Shown: positions 39,407-49,749, numbered from the stretch's first letter. The stretch: DNA of 64,000 nucleotides from Comamonadaceae bacterium (GCA_947378785.1 CANCLK010000002.1:6295-70294); one strand, 5' to 3'. The notes: a model not told the origin generated them from the sequence alone. Program-made: numbers and translations.

Positions 39407-40648
39407 TCAGGGCTTGTAAGGGCCGCGCTTGAGGAAGTCTTCAGGCTTGTCGGTCCAGAACTGCGACACGTTTGTGTAGGTCTTGACCGGGATGTTCATC
39501 AGCACGTCACCTAGGATTGGGTGCTTCACCTTCTGCAAACGCGTGATGTACACGTTCTGTATCGGGTTGTCATAGGCATCCAGCTTAAGCGGACCGCGCG
39601 GAGCCTTGACTTGTACTGTGCGCATGGCCTTGAGGAACGCCGCGCGGTCTTCCACGTTACCGTTGATCGAATCAATGGCGGCCTTGGTCCAGAGCCCCGC
39701 GGTGTAGGACGACTCGGCAAACCACGATGGCAGCTTCTTGTACTTGCGAGCGTAGTCATCCACGAACGCCTTGTTCTCTGGGGTATCAATACCGGCGACG
39801 TAATGCACCGAGTTGGAGATCAGGCCCACCGCGCGCGCATCGATCTGCGGAATCGCGTCTTCGTGCAGCCAATATCCGCCGTGCAACTTGAACTTTTTGT
39901 CGTAACCAAAGTTGTACCAAGCTTCGAAGAAGCGGATTCTGGCGACGCCGGCCAGTGCCACGACCACTGCATCGCTATCTGCCGGAATGGCGGCAAGCGA
40001 CGCGCCGTAGTCGGTGGTGGCAAGCGGTGCCCAAATGACCTTGTTGATCTTGCCTCCCAGCTCCTTGTAAGTGCGCATCATGCCGCCGGCTACTTCATGA
40101 CCCCATGTGTAGTCCGAACCGATGAAGGTGGCATTGCGCGCTCCCAGTTCCTTGTAAAGGTAGTCACCGAAGGGGTGGCTGATCTGACTGGCCGAGACGG
40201 CTGTGCGCACGACGGTGGGCGTGCGGTCCCACTTGGTATTGGTGTCTGCACCTGCGGAGTCGAGTACCAGTGGTATGCCTGTTTCCTTGCTAACCTGAGC
40301 GACCGCTGGACCTTCGTGCCCGCACAATGGGCCTAGGAGAAAGCTGACTTTTTCCTGTAACGCCAAGCGACGTGCCTGCGTCAGCGCCTGGTCGGGGTTG
40401 CATGTGGTGTCTGCAATCACCAGCTCGACCTTGCGGCCACCTGCCGTGTAGTTATTTTTTTCCCAGAACATTTTCAGGCCATCAACCATCTCGGCGCCGG
40501 GCGTGGCCAGCGGACCTGTCGTGGGCGCCAGCACGCCGATTCGGATGGGGCCTTTGGTTTGTGCCACGGCAGTCCCTATGAGCGCAGCGGCGATCAAGGT
40601 CAGTGCGGTGCCTGCCCGCGTCATCCAGTTAGATCGAACGCTTTTCAT
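39407..40648 (-). CDS. Liv-type ABC substrate-binding protein (aromatic acid/amide-binding-like)
   Basis: Signal peptide, IRIGVLAPTTG, DYTWGHE, APRGPLKLD. Confidence 0.9.
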   Translation of the reverse strand: MKSVRSNWMTRAGTALTLIAAALIGTAVAQTKGPIRIGVLAPTTGPLATPGAEMVDGLKMFWEKNNYTAGGRKVELVIADTTCNPDQALTQARRLALQEKVSFLLGPLCGHEGPAVAQVSKETGIPLVLDSAGADTNTKWDRTPTVVRTAVSASQISHPFGDYLYKELGARNATFIGSDYTWGHEVAGGMMRTYKELGGKINKVIWAPLATTDYGASLAAIPADSDAVVVALAGVARIRFFEAWYNFGYDKKFKLHGGYWLHEDAIPQIDARAVGLISNSVHYVAGIDTPENKAFVDDYARKYKKLPSWFAESSYTAGLWTKAAIDSINGNVEDRAAFLKAMRTVQVKAPRGPLKLDAYDNPIQNVYITRLQKVKHPILGDVLMNIPVKTYTNVSQFWTDKPEDFLKRGPYKP

Positions 40649-40862
40649 AATGTCATCCTTTGAAAAAGTCACACGAGAGTTAAAGCGAGGGCACGGTTGT
40701 AGCCTACTTGTTTGCATAGCGATGGTAGGGGGGTGTCAGTCGCCCATCTATAGGACTTACCCTGAAAGCTTACGATACCCCTAGCATTGGCAGAAGGACT
40801 ACACCAGCCCACTCTTGTTTGTGAATTCTTGATTCAGTCACTCAACCAACCTAGGAACCGAC

Positions 40863-41321
40863 ATGACGACGGCCCTGACACCACACGTTCAAAACCATTT
40901 GGCACTTGGTCCGCTGGCCTCGCGCTTGGTCGATGTCGATGCATTGCCATGGCGGGACACACGTTTCGAGGGCATTGTTGTGAAGCCGCTGCTGTTCGAT
41001 GGTGCAAGCGGATTGGCCACTTCACTGATGCGTATGGCGCCGGGCTCGGTGCTGCCCGAACATGAGCATGTGCTGATCGAGCAGACTTGGGTCATCGACG
41101 GGCATTTGGTGGATAAGAGCGGTCCGGATGAGGGGATCGAGTGCAAAGCGGGACAGTTCATCTGGCGCCCCGCGGGTAGCCGTCATAGCGCGTGGTCGCC
41201 CAACGGCGGTTTGTTCCTAGCGATCTTTCAGATCTCTAACAAGTTTTTCGCTGCGGATGGGCAGGTCACGGACATGGCGGGTGTGGACTGGGATTCCCTC
41301 TGGGGCAACTCGGCGCGCTGA
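40863..41321 (+). CDS. ChrR-like cupin protein
   Basis: LPEHEH..E motif 1, RPAGSRH motif 2. Confidence 0.85.
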   Translation: MTTALTPHVQNHLALGPLASRLVDVDALPWRDTRFEGIVVKPLLFDGASGLATSLMRMAPGSVLPEHEHVLIEQTWVIDGHLVDKSGPDEGIECKAGQFIWRPAGSRHSAWSPNGGLFLAIFQISNKFFAADGQVTDMAGVDWDSLWGNSAR

Positions 41322-41358
41322 ATTTCAATCGACCTTGACGCCGCCGCTACCATCGCCG

Positions 41359-41652
41359 TCAGTGCAGCGATACTGGCGTGTGGGCCAGCTCTGCATAGCC
41401 CTCCAGCATGTTTTCAACTTCCTCCTGCGATGGCGTTTTTTGCTGCCACACGTTCAGGCGCTGTTGAAACAATTCGGCCCAAGATCCGTCAAGGTAAACC
41501 TCCTTGCCTGAGCGTTTGTCGACGATTTCAAAACCGTGGCGTGCCAGCTGTGGCGGCGCAGGCTGAGCACCCTTCACGCCTGAATTTTCTTCGTCGGCGT
41601 TGGCGTGGATCTGGACCACGACAAAAGAGTCTGAGTCATAAAGCATTTGCAT
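41359..41652 (-). CDS. DUF3567 family protein
   Basis: MQMLYDSDSFVVV..GFEIVDK..KEVYLDG. Confidence 0.8.
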   Translation of the reverse strand: MQMLYDSDSFVVVQIHANADEENSGVKGAQPAPPQLARHGFEIVDKRSGKEVYLDGSWAELFQQRLNVWQQKTPSQEEVENMLEGYAELAHTPVSLH

Positions 41653-41695
41653 GGGTAATCTCCTTTGAACTCAAATGGCGTCGATGACGACAAGT

Positions 41696-42817
41696 TCAAG
41701 GTGGGCCGCTGCTGGACAATTGTTGGTCAATGTAATCGCCACTGTGTTGCGTGACTTTCATGCGCACCGGCCAGTAGCCCAGTGACGGCGCAAACCAAGC
41801 GTCGACGCGTTGGTCAAATTCGCGCCGTGGGTCGCGTGTGAGCTTGATGGCAGTCACAGCGCCATGAGGCAGGTCCAAGGCTTCTTCACCTGCCACGGTG
41901 AAAGTCCAAGTGTCCACATCGCGTGGCCCCACCGTGTAAATCGGGATTTTGGTTCCCGGCGGAAAACCGGCTGGTTGACCTGCCAGCAGACTTGCTAACT
42001 GAAAAAATACGCTGAGCCGGTCCTGCGCTCCGCGTTTCCAGGGGGCTTCAGGGGTGTTGGCGCTAAAGCTGATCTTGCCTTTGTCGGTCTGAAAGTGGGC
42101 TGCGAGTTCGCTGCGGCCCTTGTCTGCAAAACGCTTCGGTGCCAAGCCATACGCCGTGATGTCACCCGTGCTTTCCAAGGAGCGGGAGCCGAGCAAAAAA
42201 GCGCTCACCACCATCGTGGCGTCGTAGCGGCTGCCGTCTTGTCGCCAGGTCATGGTGCCGGTGGCGTGGTAGGTGAGGCCGCTAGAAAGGCCTGTCATTC
42301 GGTATTTGAGTCGCACGGAGCCGGGGACGTTGAAAGGGGTCTGAGCTGGGGCGGCGGGCTCGCTGGCGACGGGCAATTCAGCTGGGGTGTTGTCTGCCGC
42401 GGCGCTGCCCGTGGCGGTATTTTCAGCGTCATTCCCAAGAACGACGGGTGGCTCAACTGGTAAGGCGGATGCTGGTGCTGATACTTCCGCCACGGCTGTG
42501 ATGGGCGTCACGGGTTCAGACTCCACCATGGAGGGGGAGGGGCGTTTCGGTTTTTGAAACAGAACGGGTTTGGGCTGAACCGGTACAGTCTGAGCGACTG
42601 GCGCTGGCGGTGGCACTTCAATTCGTCGTGTGTTGAATACCAGCGTTTTCAGGTCCGGCGGCTCGATGGCTGGCCCCACGTGCACTTCACGAGGGATAGC
42701 GGCCAGTAGCAGCCAGTGGCCGAGCACGACCAGCAGCGCCAGCCACCACAAAATGCGGCGCGGCGCGGAAGGCCCTGCGGATGACTTGGCGGGCAGAGAA
42801 CCAGAGCGGTCGTTCAT
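41696..42817 (-). CDS. DUF3108 domain protein
   Basis: N-terminal TM, Pro/Ala linker, GLAP.RF, GAQDRLS, WFAPSLGYWPVR. Confidence 0.82.
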   Translation of the reverse strand: MNDRSGSLPAKSSAGPSAPRRILWWLALLVVLGHWLLLAAIPREVHVGPAIEPPDLKTLVFNTRRIEVPPPAPVAQTVPVQPKPVLFQKPKRPSPSMVESEPVTPITAVAEVSAPASALPVEPPVVLGNDAENTATGSAAADNTPAELPVASEPAAPAQTPFNVPGSVRLKYRMTGLSSGLTYHATGTMTWRQDGSRYDATMVVSAFLLGSRSLESTGDITAYGLAPKRFADKGRSELAAHFQTDKGKISFSANTPEAPWKRGAQDRLSVFFQLASLLAGQPAGFPPGTKIPIYTVGPRDVDTWTFTVAGEEALDLPHGAVTAIKLTRDPRREFDQRVDAWFAPSLGYWPVRMKVTQHSGDYIDQQLSSSGPP

Positions 42818-42949
42818 GCGTAAGGGCTGAAATGTGGGCAGGGGTGCTGGCGGAATTTAAGCCACTGATCGTAACGCGGGTCTTTGCCGTGTGTGCGGCG
42901 GGCTCGGGTACGATTCTGGTTTGCGGACAAGTAGACAAGAAAGATACCG

Positions 42950-44026
42950 ATGAAACTCGCCACTTACAAAGATGGCTCGCGTGACGGCCAATTGCTGGTG
43001 GTCTCGCGGGACCTTGCCACCGCGCACTATGCGACGGGCATTGCCAACACGATGCAGCAAGTGCTGGACGACTGGAACTTTCTGTCGCCTCAGTTACAAG
43101 ACCTGTACGATGCCCTGAACCAAGGCAAGGCGCGCCATGCTTTCCCGTTTGAGGCGGCCCGTTGCATGGCCCCTTTGCCGCGCGCCTATCAGTGGGCCGA
43201 CGGCTCGGCTTTCCTCAATCACGTCGAGTTGGTGCGACGCGCTCGGGGTGCCGAGATGCCACCCGCTTTTTATACCGACCCGTTGATGTACCAAGGCGGT
43301 AGCGACGATTTTCTGGGCCCGTGCGACGACGTGCGCTTGCCCAGTGAAGACTTGGGCATCGACTTTGAAGCTGAGGTCGCCGTGGTGACCGCCGACGTTG
43401 CCATGGGTTGCACGCCTGAGCAGGCGCTGGACGGCATTCGGCTGGTGATGTTGGCCAACGATGTGTCTTTGCGCAACGTGATCCCAGGCGAAGTGGCCAA
43501 AGGTTTTGGTTTCATTCAGGGCAAGCCGGCGACCGCCTTCAGTCCGGTAGCCGTGACGCCGGATGAGCTCGGTGCTGCGTGGGAAAAAGGTCGTCTGCAT
43601 CTGACGCTGCAAAGCACTTGGAATGGCCGCAAGGTGGGTGTGTGCGACGCTGGACCGGATATGACGTTTCATTTCGGTCAGCTCATTGCGCATCTGTGCA
43701 GAACACGCCATGTGCGCGCCGGTAGCATCATTGGTTCGGGCACGGTCAGCAACCCGGGTGTGGAGCACAAGGGCAAGACCGATTGGCCCAAGGGTTACAG
43801 CTGCATCGCAGAAAAACGCGCCATCGAAACCATTCAGGATGGCCAGCCGAAGACCGAGTACATGAAGTTTGGCGACACCATTCGCATCGAAATGAAGGAC
43901 AAAGACGGTCGTCAGCTGTTCGGTGCCATTGAGCAAAAAATAGCCACGGCCATCGTCGCCAAACCGCTGCGCATCAGGGCAGAGAAATTCGACAAGGTGC
44001 CAGAGGTTGTCAGTCCTGAAGAGTGA
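42950..44026 (+). CDS. Fumarylacetoacetate hydrolase family protein
   Basis: PLPRAYQWADGS, DFEAEVA, NDVSLR, GSGTVSN. Confidence 0.93.
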   Translation: MKLATYKDGSRDGQLLVVSRDLATAHYATGIANTMQQVLDDWNFLSPQLQDLYDALNQGKARHAFPFEAARCMAPLPRAYQWADGSAFLNHVELVRRARGAEMPPAFYTDPLMYQGGSDDFLGPCDDVRLPSEDLGIDFEAEVAVVTADVAMGCTPEQALDGIRLVMLANDVSLRNVIPGEVAKGFGFIQGKPATAFSPVAVTPDELGAAWEKGRLHLTLQSTWNGRKVGVCDAGPDMTFHFGQLIAHLCRTRHVRAGSIIGSGTVSNPGVEHKGKTDWPKGYSCIAEKRAIETIQDGQPKTEYMKFGDTIRIEMKDKDGRQLFGAIEQKIATAIVAKPLRIRAEKFDKVPEVVSPEE

Positions 44027-44051
44027 TTTTTTTGTCCAATATCCGGCCGTG

Positions 44052-44465
44052 TTAAGTCGCGTAGATCGTCTCTAGTGAGCGAAAGCCCTTGATTTCCATC
44101 GGATTGCCAAAAGGGTCGCAGAAAAACATCGTCCATTGCTCGCCAGGTTCTCCGGCAAAACGACACTGCGGCTTCATGATGAAGTCTGTATGGGCTGCTT
44201 CCAGCCGGGCGGCCATGGTCTGCCAGTCAGGCAGCGCCAGCACCAGGCCGAAGTGCGGCATCGGGACCATTTGGTCGCCGACGCGGCCGGTGCGTGCGGT
44301 CTTCAATGGCTCGCCCAAGTGCAGCGAGAGTTGATGGCCGACAAAGTCAAAGTCGACCCAGGTGGCGGTCGAACGGCCTTCGGTGCAGCCGAGCACGTCA
44401 CCGTAAAAGCGGCGTGCCACGTCAAGGTCGGTCACATTGAAGGCAAAGTGGAAGAGACTTTTCAT
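44052..44465 (-). CDS. Single-domain VOC family protein
   Basis: FHFAFNV, PHFG, DPFGNPMEIK. Confidence 0.88.
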   Translation of the reverse strand: MKSLFHFAFNVTDLDVARRFYGDVLGCTEGRSTATWVDFDFVGHQLSLHLGEPLKTARTGRVGDQMVPMPHFGLVLALPDWQTMAARLEAAHTDFIMKPQCRFAGEPGEQWTMFFCDPFGNPMEIKGFRSLETIYAT

Positions 44466-44573
44466 GCCGCAGAGCTTAGCAAATGTCGCTGGCCTGCCGA
44501 AAAGACGCTTTGTCAGTTGACGGACGGCTTGGGCATTGCACAATGGCGTTGGCACCAACTTTCAGGAGACACC

Positions 44574-45308
44574 ATGAGCGACTTTGACAAAAGCACCTTC
44601 ACCGACTTCGGCAAGCTGGTGCCGGGCTTTGATTTTTTGCAAAACCTGACGCGGCAAGCGACTGCCAGCGCGGGGCAAGGTCAGCCAAAGTTACCGCAGT
44701 TGGGGCACTGGGTTGCGCCGACCATGAGTGTTGAAGAGCTCGAAAAACGCATCGCTGAGCTCAAGGCGGTGCAGTTCTGGCTGGATCAAAACGCCACCGC
44801 GCTGAAGGCCACCATCCAAGCGCTGGAAGTGCAGAAAATGACCTTGGCCACGCTGCACGGTATGAATGTGAATATGTCTGAAATGGCTAAAGCCTTCAGC
44901 GTCAAGATGCCGGAGAGTGCTGCAGCCCCGATGCCTGCTGAGCCAGCCAAAGGGCGCCAATTTTCTGGTCTCGAAGTGCCGGAGACCAGTTATCAGCAGC
45001 GTGAGGCAAAACCGACCCCCGCTGCCGCCGAATCCACGGGCAGTGCGCCCAGCGGAGTCGACCCCATGCAGTGGTGGGGTGCGCTGACGCATCAGTTTCA
45101 AAGCATCGCCGCTTCAGCGCTCAAAGAAGTGTCAGACCGCCACCCGCTGGATGCTGGCAAGGGCATGGCGCAAGACGTCATCAAGACCGTACACAAGTCT
45201 GCAGTGAAGCCCGCAGTCAAAGCAAAACCTAAAGCCAAAGCAAAGAGCAAAGCACCGGCGCGTGCAACCGCCGCGGCCGCCCGTAAAAGCCCCTCCCGAG
45301 CCCGATGA
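44574..45308 (+). CDS. phaM: PhaM-like PHA granule-associated protein
   Basis: PT.SVEELEKRI.ELKAV..WL.QN..L..TIQALEVQ, WWGAL, Lys/Ala tail; AGGAG RBS. Confidence 0.8.
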   Translation: MSDFDKSTFTDFGKLVPGFDFLQNLTRQATASAGQGQPKLPQLGHWVAPTMSVEELEKRIAELKAVQFWLDQNATALKATIQALEVQKMTLATLHGMNVNMSEMAKAFSVKMPESAAAPMPAEPAKGRQFSGLEVPETSYQQREAKPTPAAAESTGSAPSGVDPMQWWGALTHQFQSIAASALKEVSDRHPLDAGKGMAQDVIKTVHKSAVKPAVKAKPKAKAKSKAPARATAAAARKSPSRAR

Positions 45309-46627
45309 AACTGTTTCCCTACGGTCACGCCACCCACCCACAGTGGCCTATGGCCGCGGGTCTGGTGCTGGCTCAATTGCGCGCCCACATGGCGCTGCCC
45401 AACTACGCCAGCGCGCCGACCTTGGCGCTGCTGTACATCACAGACCACTATGCCCCGCACGCCCAAGACATCCTCGACCATTTGAGCGCCGAGCTGCCGG
45501 AGGTGACCGACTGGAGTGGTACGGTGGGTGTCGGCATCGCCGCCAACAACGTGGAGTACTTTGACGAACCCGCGCTGGCCGTGATGCTGTGCGACTTGCC
45601 GGCCGATCAGTACCGCGTTTTTTCAGGCGTTTCACCGTTGCCACCGGCGAGTCGTTTCAAAGCGCACACAGCGCTGGTGCACGCCGATGCCAGCACGCCG
45701 GATGTCGCTGAATTGATTGAAGAAATGGCAGCCCGCACTGACAGCGGTTACGTCTTTGGCGGCTTGGCATCCAGTCGTACGACGACCGTGCAGTTCGCGC
45801 TCAGCGGCAATGGCAACCTCAAAGGTCATGGTGCCGCCAGCGGGGTTTTCAGTGGCGGGCTCAGCGGCGTGGCGTTTGCCCGCGCGATGCAAGATGCCAC
45901 GCTGGGCGGCAAACAAGAGGCGGATTCCGGGCGTTTGGGTTTGATGTCGCGCGTCACGCAGGGTTGCCAGCCGGTCTCGTCCAACTACCAGATCACGGCC
46001 TGCGAAGGCAATGTCATCACTGAGCTCAATGGTCAGCCGGCGCTGGAGGTGATGTTGGGCGACCTCGACATTTCGCTGGACGATCCGCAAGAAGCTATCG
46101 ACAAAGTGCGGCGCACCTTGGTGGGTTTGAGCAGCGCTTCGCACAGCTTGGCCGACGGCACGGTCAGACGCGCCGGTCAGTTCGGTGCCGATGTGCTGGT
46201 CCGTCACCTGATCGGCCTTGACCCGTCGCGCAAAGGCATTGCCATCGCCGATATGCCCGAAGTCGGGATGACCTTGGCTTTTTGCGAGCGGCATGCGGCA
46301 GCGGCGCGGGCTGATCTGATTCGGGTCTGCGCTGAAATTCGTGAAGAACTGGAACCGCAGGAGGTCACCGCGGATGTGGCCCAAGCCTTGGGTGCCGGTG
46401 AGGCTGAATCTGCACCGCACTTGGCGCGTGGCATTGCGGGCGCGATTTATGTGAGTTGTTCAGGCCGCGGCGAACCGCACTTTGGTGGGCCTAGCGCTGA
46501 GCTGCAGATCGTTCGGCGTGCCTTGGGCGATGTGCCCTTGGTCGGATTTTTTGCCGGTGGTGAAATTGCCCGGAATCATGTGTACGGCTACACCGGCGTG
46601 TTGACCGTCTTCACCGCCAGCCGCTGA
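45305..46627 (+). CDS. FIST domain protein
   Basis: FGGLAS, TQGC.P, YVSC.GRG, PLVGFFAGGEI, YGYT. Confidence 0.9.
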   Translation: MKLFPYGHATHPQWPMAAGLVLAQLRAHMALPNYASAPTLALLYITDHYAPHAQDILDHLSAELPEVTDWSGTVGVGIAANNVEYFDEPALAVMLCDLPADQYRVFSGVSPLPPASRFKAHTALVHADASTPDVAELIEEMAARTDSGYVFGGLASSRTTTVQFALSGNGNLKGHGAASGVFSGGLSGVAFARAMQDATLGGKQEADSGRLGLMSRVTQGCQPVSSNYQITACEGNVITELNGQPALEVMLGDLDISLDDPQEAIDKVRRTLVGLSSASHSLADGTVRRAGQFGADVLVRHLIGLDPSRKGIAIADMPEVGMTLAFCERHAAAARADLIRVCAEIREELEPQEVTADVAQALGAGEAESAPHLARGIAGAIYVSCSGRGEPHFGGPSAELQIVRRALGDVPLVGFFAGGEIARNHVYGYTGVLTVFTASR

Positions 46628-46629
46628 CC

Positions 46630-47979
46630 TTGACGTCGCCAGAGCCCGGCAACAGCCAGTTCGAATTGCTTCGACAGCGTCGTTTTGCGCCATTTTTTTG
46701 GACTCAATTTTCAGGGGCGATGAACGACAACCTGTTCAAGTTCGCCTTCACCATGATGGTGACCTACCAGCTCAGCGTGGCGTGGTTGCCACCGGCGATG
46801 GCGGGGCTGGTGATTGGGGCGGTGTTCATCTTGCCGTTCTTGCTGTTCTCGGCGACCAGCGGCCAGCTGGCTGACAAGTACGACAAGACCCGCGTCATCC
46901 GCTTTGTCAAGAGCGTGGAAGTGCTCATCATGCTGCTGGCGGCGGCCGGCTTCTTGGCCACAGACAGCGCTTGGAGTGCGTGGCAAGTGCCGCTGTTGTT
47001 GGGCTGCACGTTCATGATGGGACTGCATTCGACCTTGTTCGGGCCGGTCAAGTTTTCCTACATGCCGCAGGCGCTGCGCGAGTCCGAGTTGATGGGCGGC
47101 ACCGGCATGGTCGAAATGGGCACCTTCGTGGCGATTTTGCTGGGCAATGTGGCCGGGGGTTTGCTGGTGGCACTGCCCGGCACGGGCCCGCTGTATGTGG
47201 CTATTGCTTGCGTCTCATTGGCCGTGGCGGGACGCGTTGTGGCGCAGTTTATTCCCGCTGCACCGGCCACTGACCCAGAACTGCGCATCAACTGGAACCC
47301 TTTGTCTGAAACCTGGCGCAATCTGAAGCGGGCGCATGCGCAGCCCATGGTTTTTCGGGCCCTGCTCGGTATCAGCTGGATGTGGTTTTTTGGTGCGGTT
47401 TTCTTGAGTCAGTTCCCGAGTTTTGCCAAGGAAGTGCTGCATGGCAACGAGCAGGTGGCGTCGCTGTTGCTGGTGGTTTTTTCGATTGGCATCGCGATAG
47501 GTTCGCTGCTGTGCGAAGTGCTGGGGCGGCGCCAAGTCGAGATCGGTTTGGTGCCGTTGGGGGCCATCGGCATGACGATTTTCACGGTGGATCTGTACTT
47601 GGCTTCGCGTCACTTGCCGCCCGCAGCGCTGATGGGCGTGGCGGAGTTTATGCAGATCCCTGCGCACTGGCGCGTCATGGCGGACCTTGGATTTTTGAGC
47701 CTGTCGGCTGGCCTTTACAGCGTGCCGATGTATGCGTTGATTCAGTTGCGCAGCGAGGTCACGCACCGCGCCCGCATCATCGCGGCCAACAACATTCTGA
47801 ACGCGCTGTTCATGATCGTCAGCGCCGTGCTGGCGGGTGCCTTGCTCAAAGCGGGGCTCGGTATTCCTGCTGTGTTTCTGGCGGTCGGCTTGGCCAACGC
47901 GCTGATGACGGCTTATATTTTTTGGGTCGCGCCAGAGTATTGGCTGCGCTTTAAATGGTTGCTCGGCTTTCGGGTTTAG
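46630..47979 (+). CDS. MFS transporter, LplT-like
   Basis: TQF.GA.NDN.FK, FGPVK, RARIIAANN. Confidence 0.88.
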   Translation: MTSPEPGNSQFELLRQRRFAPFFWTQFSGAMNDNLFKFAFTMMVTYQLSVAWLPPAMAGLVIGAVFILPFLLFSATSGQLADKYDKTRVIRFVKSVEVLIMLLAAAGFLATDSAWSAWQVPLLLGCTFMMGLHSTLFGPVKFSYMPQALRESELMGGTGMVEMGTFVAILLGNVAGGLLVALPGTGPLYVAIACVSLAVAGRVVAQFIPAAPATDPELRINWNPLSETWRNLKRAHAQPMVFRALLGISWMWFFGAVFLSQFPSFAKEVLHGNEQVASLLLVVFSIGIAIGSLLCEVLGRRQVEIGLVPLGAIGMTIFTVDLYLASRHLPPAALMGVAEFMQIPAHWRVMADLGFLSLSAGLYSVPMYALIQLRSEVTHRARIIAANNILNALFMIVSAVLAGALLKAGLGIPAVFLAVGLANALMTAYIFWVAPEYWLRFKWLLGFRV

Positions 47980-48027
47980 GCGACGCGGCAGCGCTTGCCC
48001 ATTGGCGTGACGGCGAAGGAGTTCATT

Positions 48028-48966
48028 GTGAAAATAGGTGTGCTGGGTGCTGGTGCTCTGGGTTGCGCGATAGGCGGTGTGCTGACCGAAGCGGGCCATG
48101 AGGTCTGGCTGATCAATCGCAACGCTGCTCACGTTGAGGCCATGACGCAACGCGGCTTGATGCTGCGCACCGACGGTGTTGACCGGACGGTGCGGGTTCG
48201 CGCAGTCACGTCGGCGGTTGGCGTTGACAGCGCCAGCCGCCCGGCCGATCTGTTGATCGTGCTGGTCAAGTCTTTCCACACCGAAGACGCCATGCGCTCG
48301 GCGGTTTCACTGGTGGGGCCGCAAACGACAGTGCTGTCACTGCAAAACGGTTTGGGTCATGAAGACGTACTGGCCGAGATGGTTGGTCGCGACAAGCTGC
48401 TGGCTGGCAAAACATATGTAGGTGGCACACAACTCGCGCCGGGTCATGTCATTGCCGGCACGCGCCAAAAGCTGACGATGATTGGCGAGTTGGACGGCGC
48501 GGTCAGTGCGCGGGCCAAGGCCATTGCAGCTGTCTTCAACGCGGCGGGTCTGGACACCACGGTGAGTGACAACATCTTGGGCACGATCTGGGACAAGCTG
48601 CTGGTGAATGTGGCCACGGGCGCGCTCAGCGGCATCACACGCCTGCCTTATGGCGAGTTGTATCAAGTGCCTGAGTTGGAAGCCTGCGCTGTGGCGGCGG
48701 TCACCGAAGCGATGGCTGTGGCGCGCGCCTGCGGTGTGCGCCTGAGCATCACCAATCCGGTGGATGCGTGGCACATGGCCGGCGCTGGTTTACCGTTCGA
48801 GTTCAAGCCCTCGATGTTGCAAAGCTTGGAAAAAGGCTCGATCACCGAGATCGATTACATCAACGGTGCGGTGGTGCAACAGGGTGCGCGCCACGGTATT
48901 CCAACGCCGGTGAACCAGACCTTGGTGGCGGCCATCAAGGGGATTGAAAGAAGTTTGCTGCGTTGA
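48028..48966 (+). CDS. Ketopantoate reductase family (PanE/ApbA) protein
   Basis: GAGALG, LQNGLG, WDKLLVN, SMLQ, TEIDYING. Confidence 0.9.
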   Translation: MKIGVLGAGALGCAIGGVLTEAGHEVWLINRNAAHVEAMTQRGLMLRTDGVDRTVRVRAVTSAVGVDSASRPADLLIVLVKSFHTEDAMRSAVSLVGPQTTVLSLQNGLGHEDVLAEMVGRDKLLAGKTYVGGTQLAPGHVIAGTRQKLTMIGELDGAVSARAKAIAAVFNAAGLDTTVSDNILGTIWDKLLVNVATGALSGITRLPYGELYQVPELEACAVAAVTEAMAVARACGVRLSITNPVDAWHMAGAGLPFEFKPSMLQSLEKGSITEIDYINGAVVQQGARHGIPTPVNQTLVAAIKGIERSLLR

Positions 48967-49008
48967 TCTTTGTACGCGGATATCGTTTCAGCACCCTATA
49001 CTTTGCGA

Positions 49009-49707
49009 ATGAACGAACCAGTACATTCGTCGCTGAAAATATCTTCGCGCACGATCAGGCCAAAGGCCAAGGCTTCAGCACGCACCACGACCCGAACCAA
49101 CGATCCGGCCCGGACCATGGCTGGCATTTTGGAAGTGGCGACCGCCGAGTTTGCAAGCAAGGGTTTGAGCGGCGGGCGCATCGACGAGATTGCTGCCGCC
49201 ACCAGCACCAGCAAGCGGATGATCTATTACTACTTCGGCAGCAAAGAGGGCCTGTACCTGGCTGTGCTGGAGGAGTCCTATCGGCGCATGCGCAGCATCG
49301 AGGCGGAGCTGCATTTGGGCGATTTATCCCCTGAGGAGGCCTTGCGGCGGTTGGTGGAGTTCACTTTTGACCATCATTTTGGCAACCAGGATTACATCCG
49401 CTTGGTGATGTCCGAAAACATGCAGCGTGGCGAGTATCTGGCGCAGAGCAAGATCATTCAGGAGCTCAATGTCACGGCCATTCAAGCGATTCGCCAGCTC
49501 TACGACCGGGGCGTTGCCGAGGGCGTGTTTCGGGCGGGCTTGGACCCGATCGACATTCATGCCTCGATTTCTGCGCTGACGTTTTTCAATGTCTCGAACC
49601 AGCACACCTTCGGCTTGATCTTCAAGCACGACCCGGCGGCTGACGCCGCACGGGCTGTGCGACGCAGCAATATCGTTGAGATGATCGTGCGCTTTGTTCG
49701 GCGCTGA
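49009..49707 (+). CDS. TetR family regulator (NicS/RutR-like C-terminus)
   Basis: GRIDEIAA..TSKRMIYYYFGSKEGLY. Confidence 0.93.
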   Translation: MNEPVHSSLKISSRTIRPKAKASARTTTRTNDPARTMAGILEVATAEFASKGLSGGRIDEIAAATSTSKRMIYYYFGSKEGLYLAVLEESYRRMRSIEAELHLGDLSPEEALRRLVEFTFDHHFGNQDYIRLVMSENMQRGEYLAQSKIIQELNVTAIQAIRQLYDRGVAEGVFRAGLDPIDIHASISALTFFNVSNQHTFGLIFKHDPAADAARAVRRSNIVEMIVRFVRR

Positions 49708-49749
49708 ACCAGCTCGATACCGTCACCTAGGGTTTTCCCTGTTTATTAA

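Noticed and set aside
44136-44573. Long N-terminal extensions in the ORF track (phaM from 44136, glcD from 26222, aroE from 54195, lptB from 62361, livM from 38685)
   Set aside because: They overlap neighbouring genes; downstream starts fit RBS positions or family N-termini
49727-49740. AGGG-N4-CCCT-like motifs (also near 40752 and 55271)
   Set aside because: Short and degenerate; significance cannot be judged without a genome-wide count
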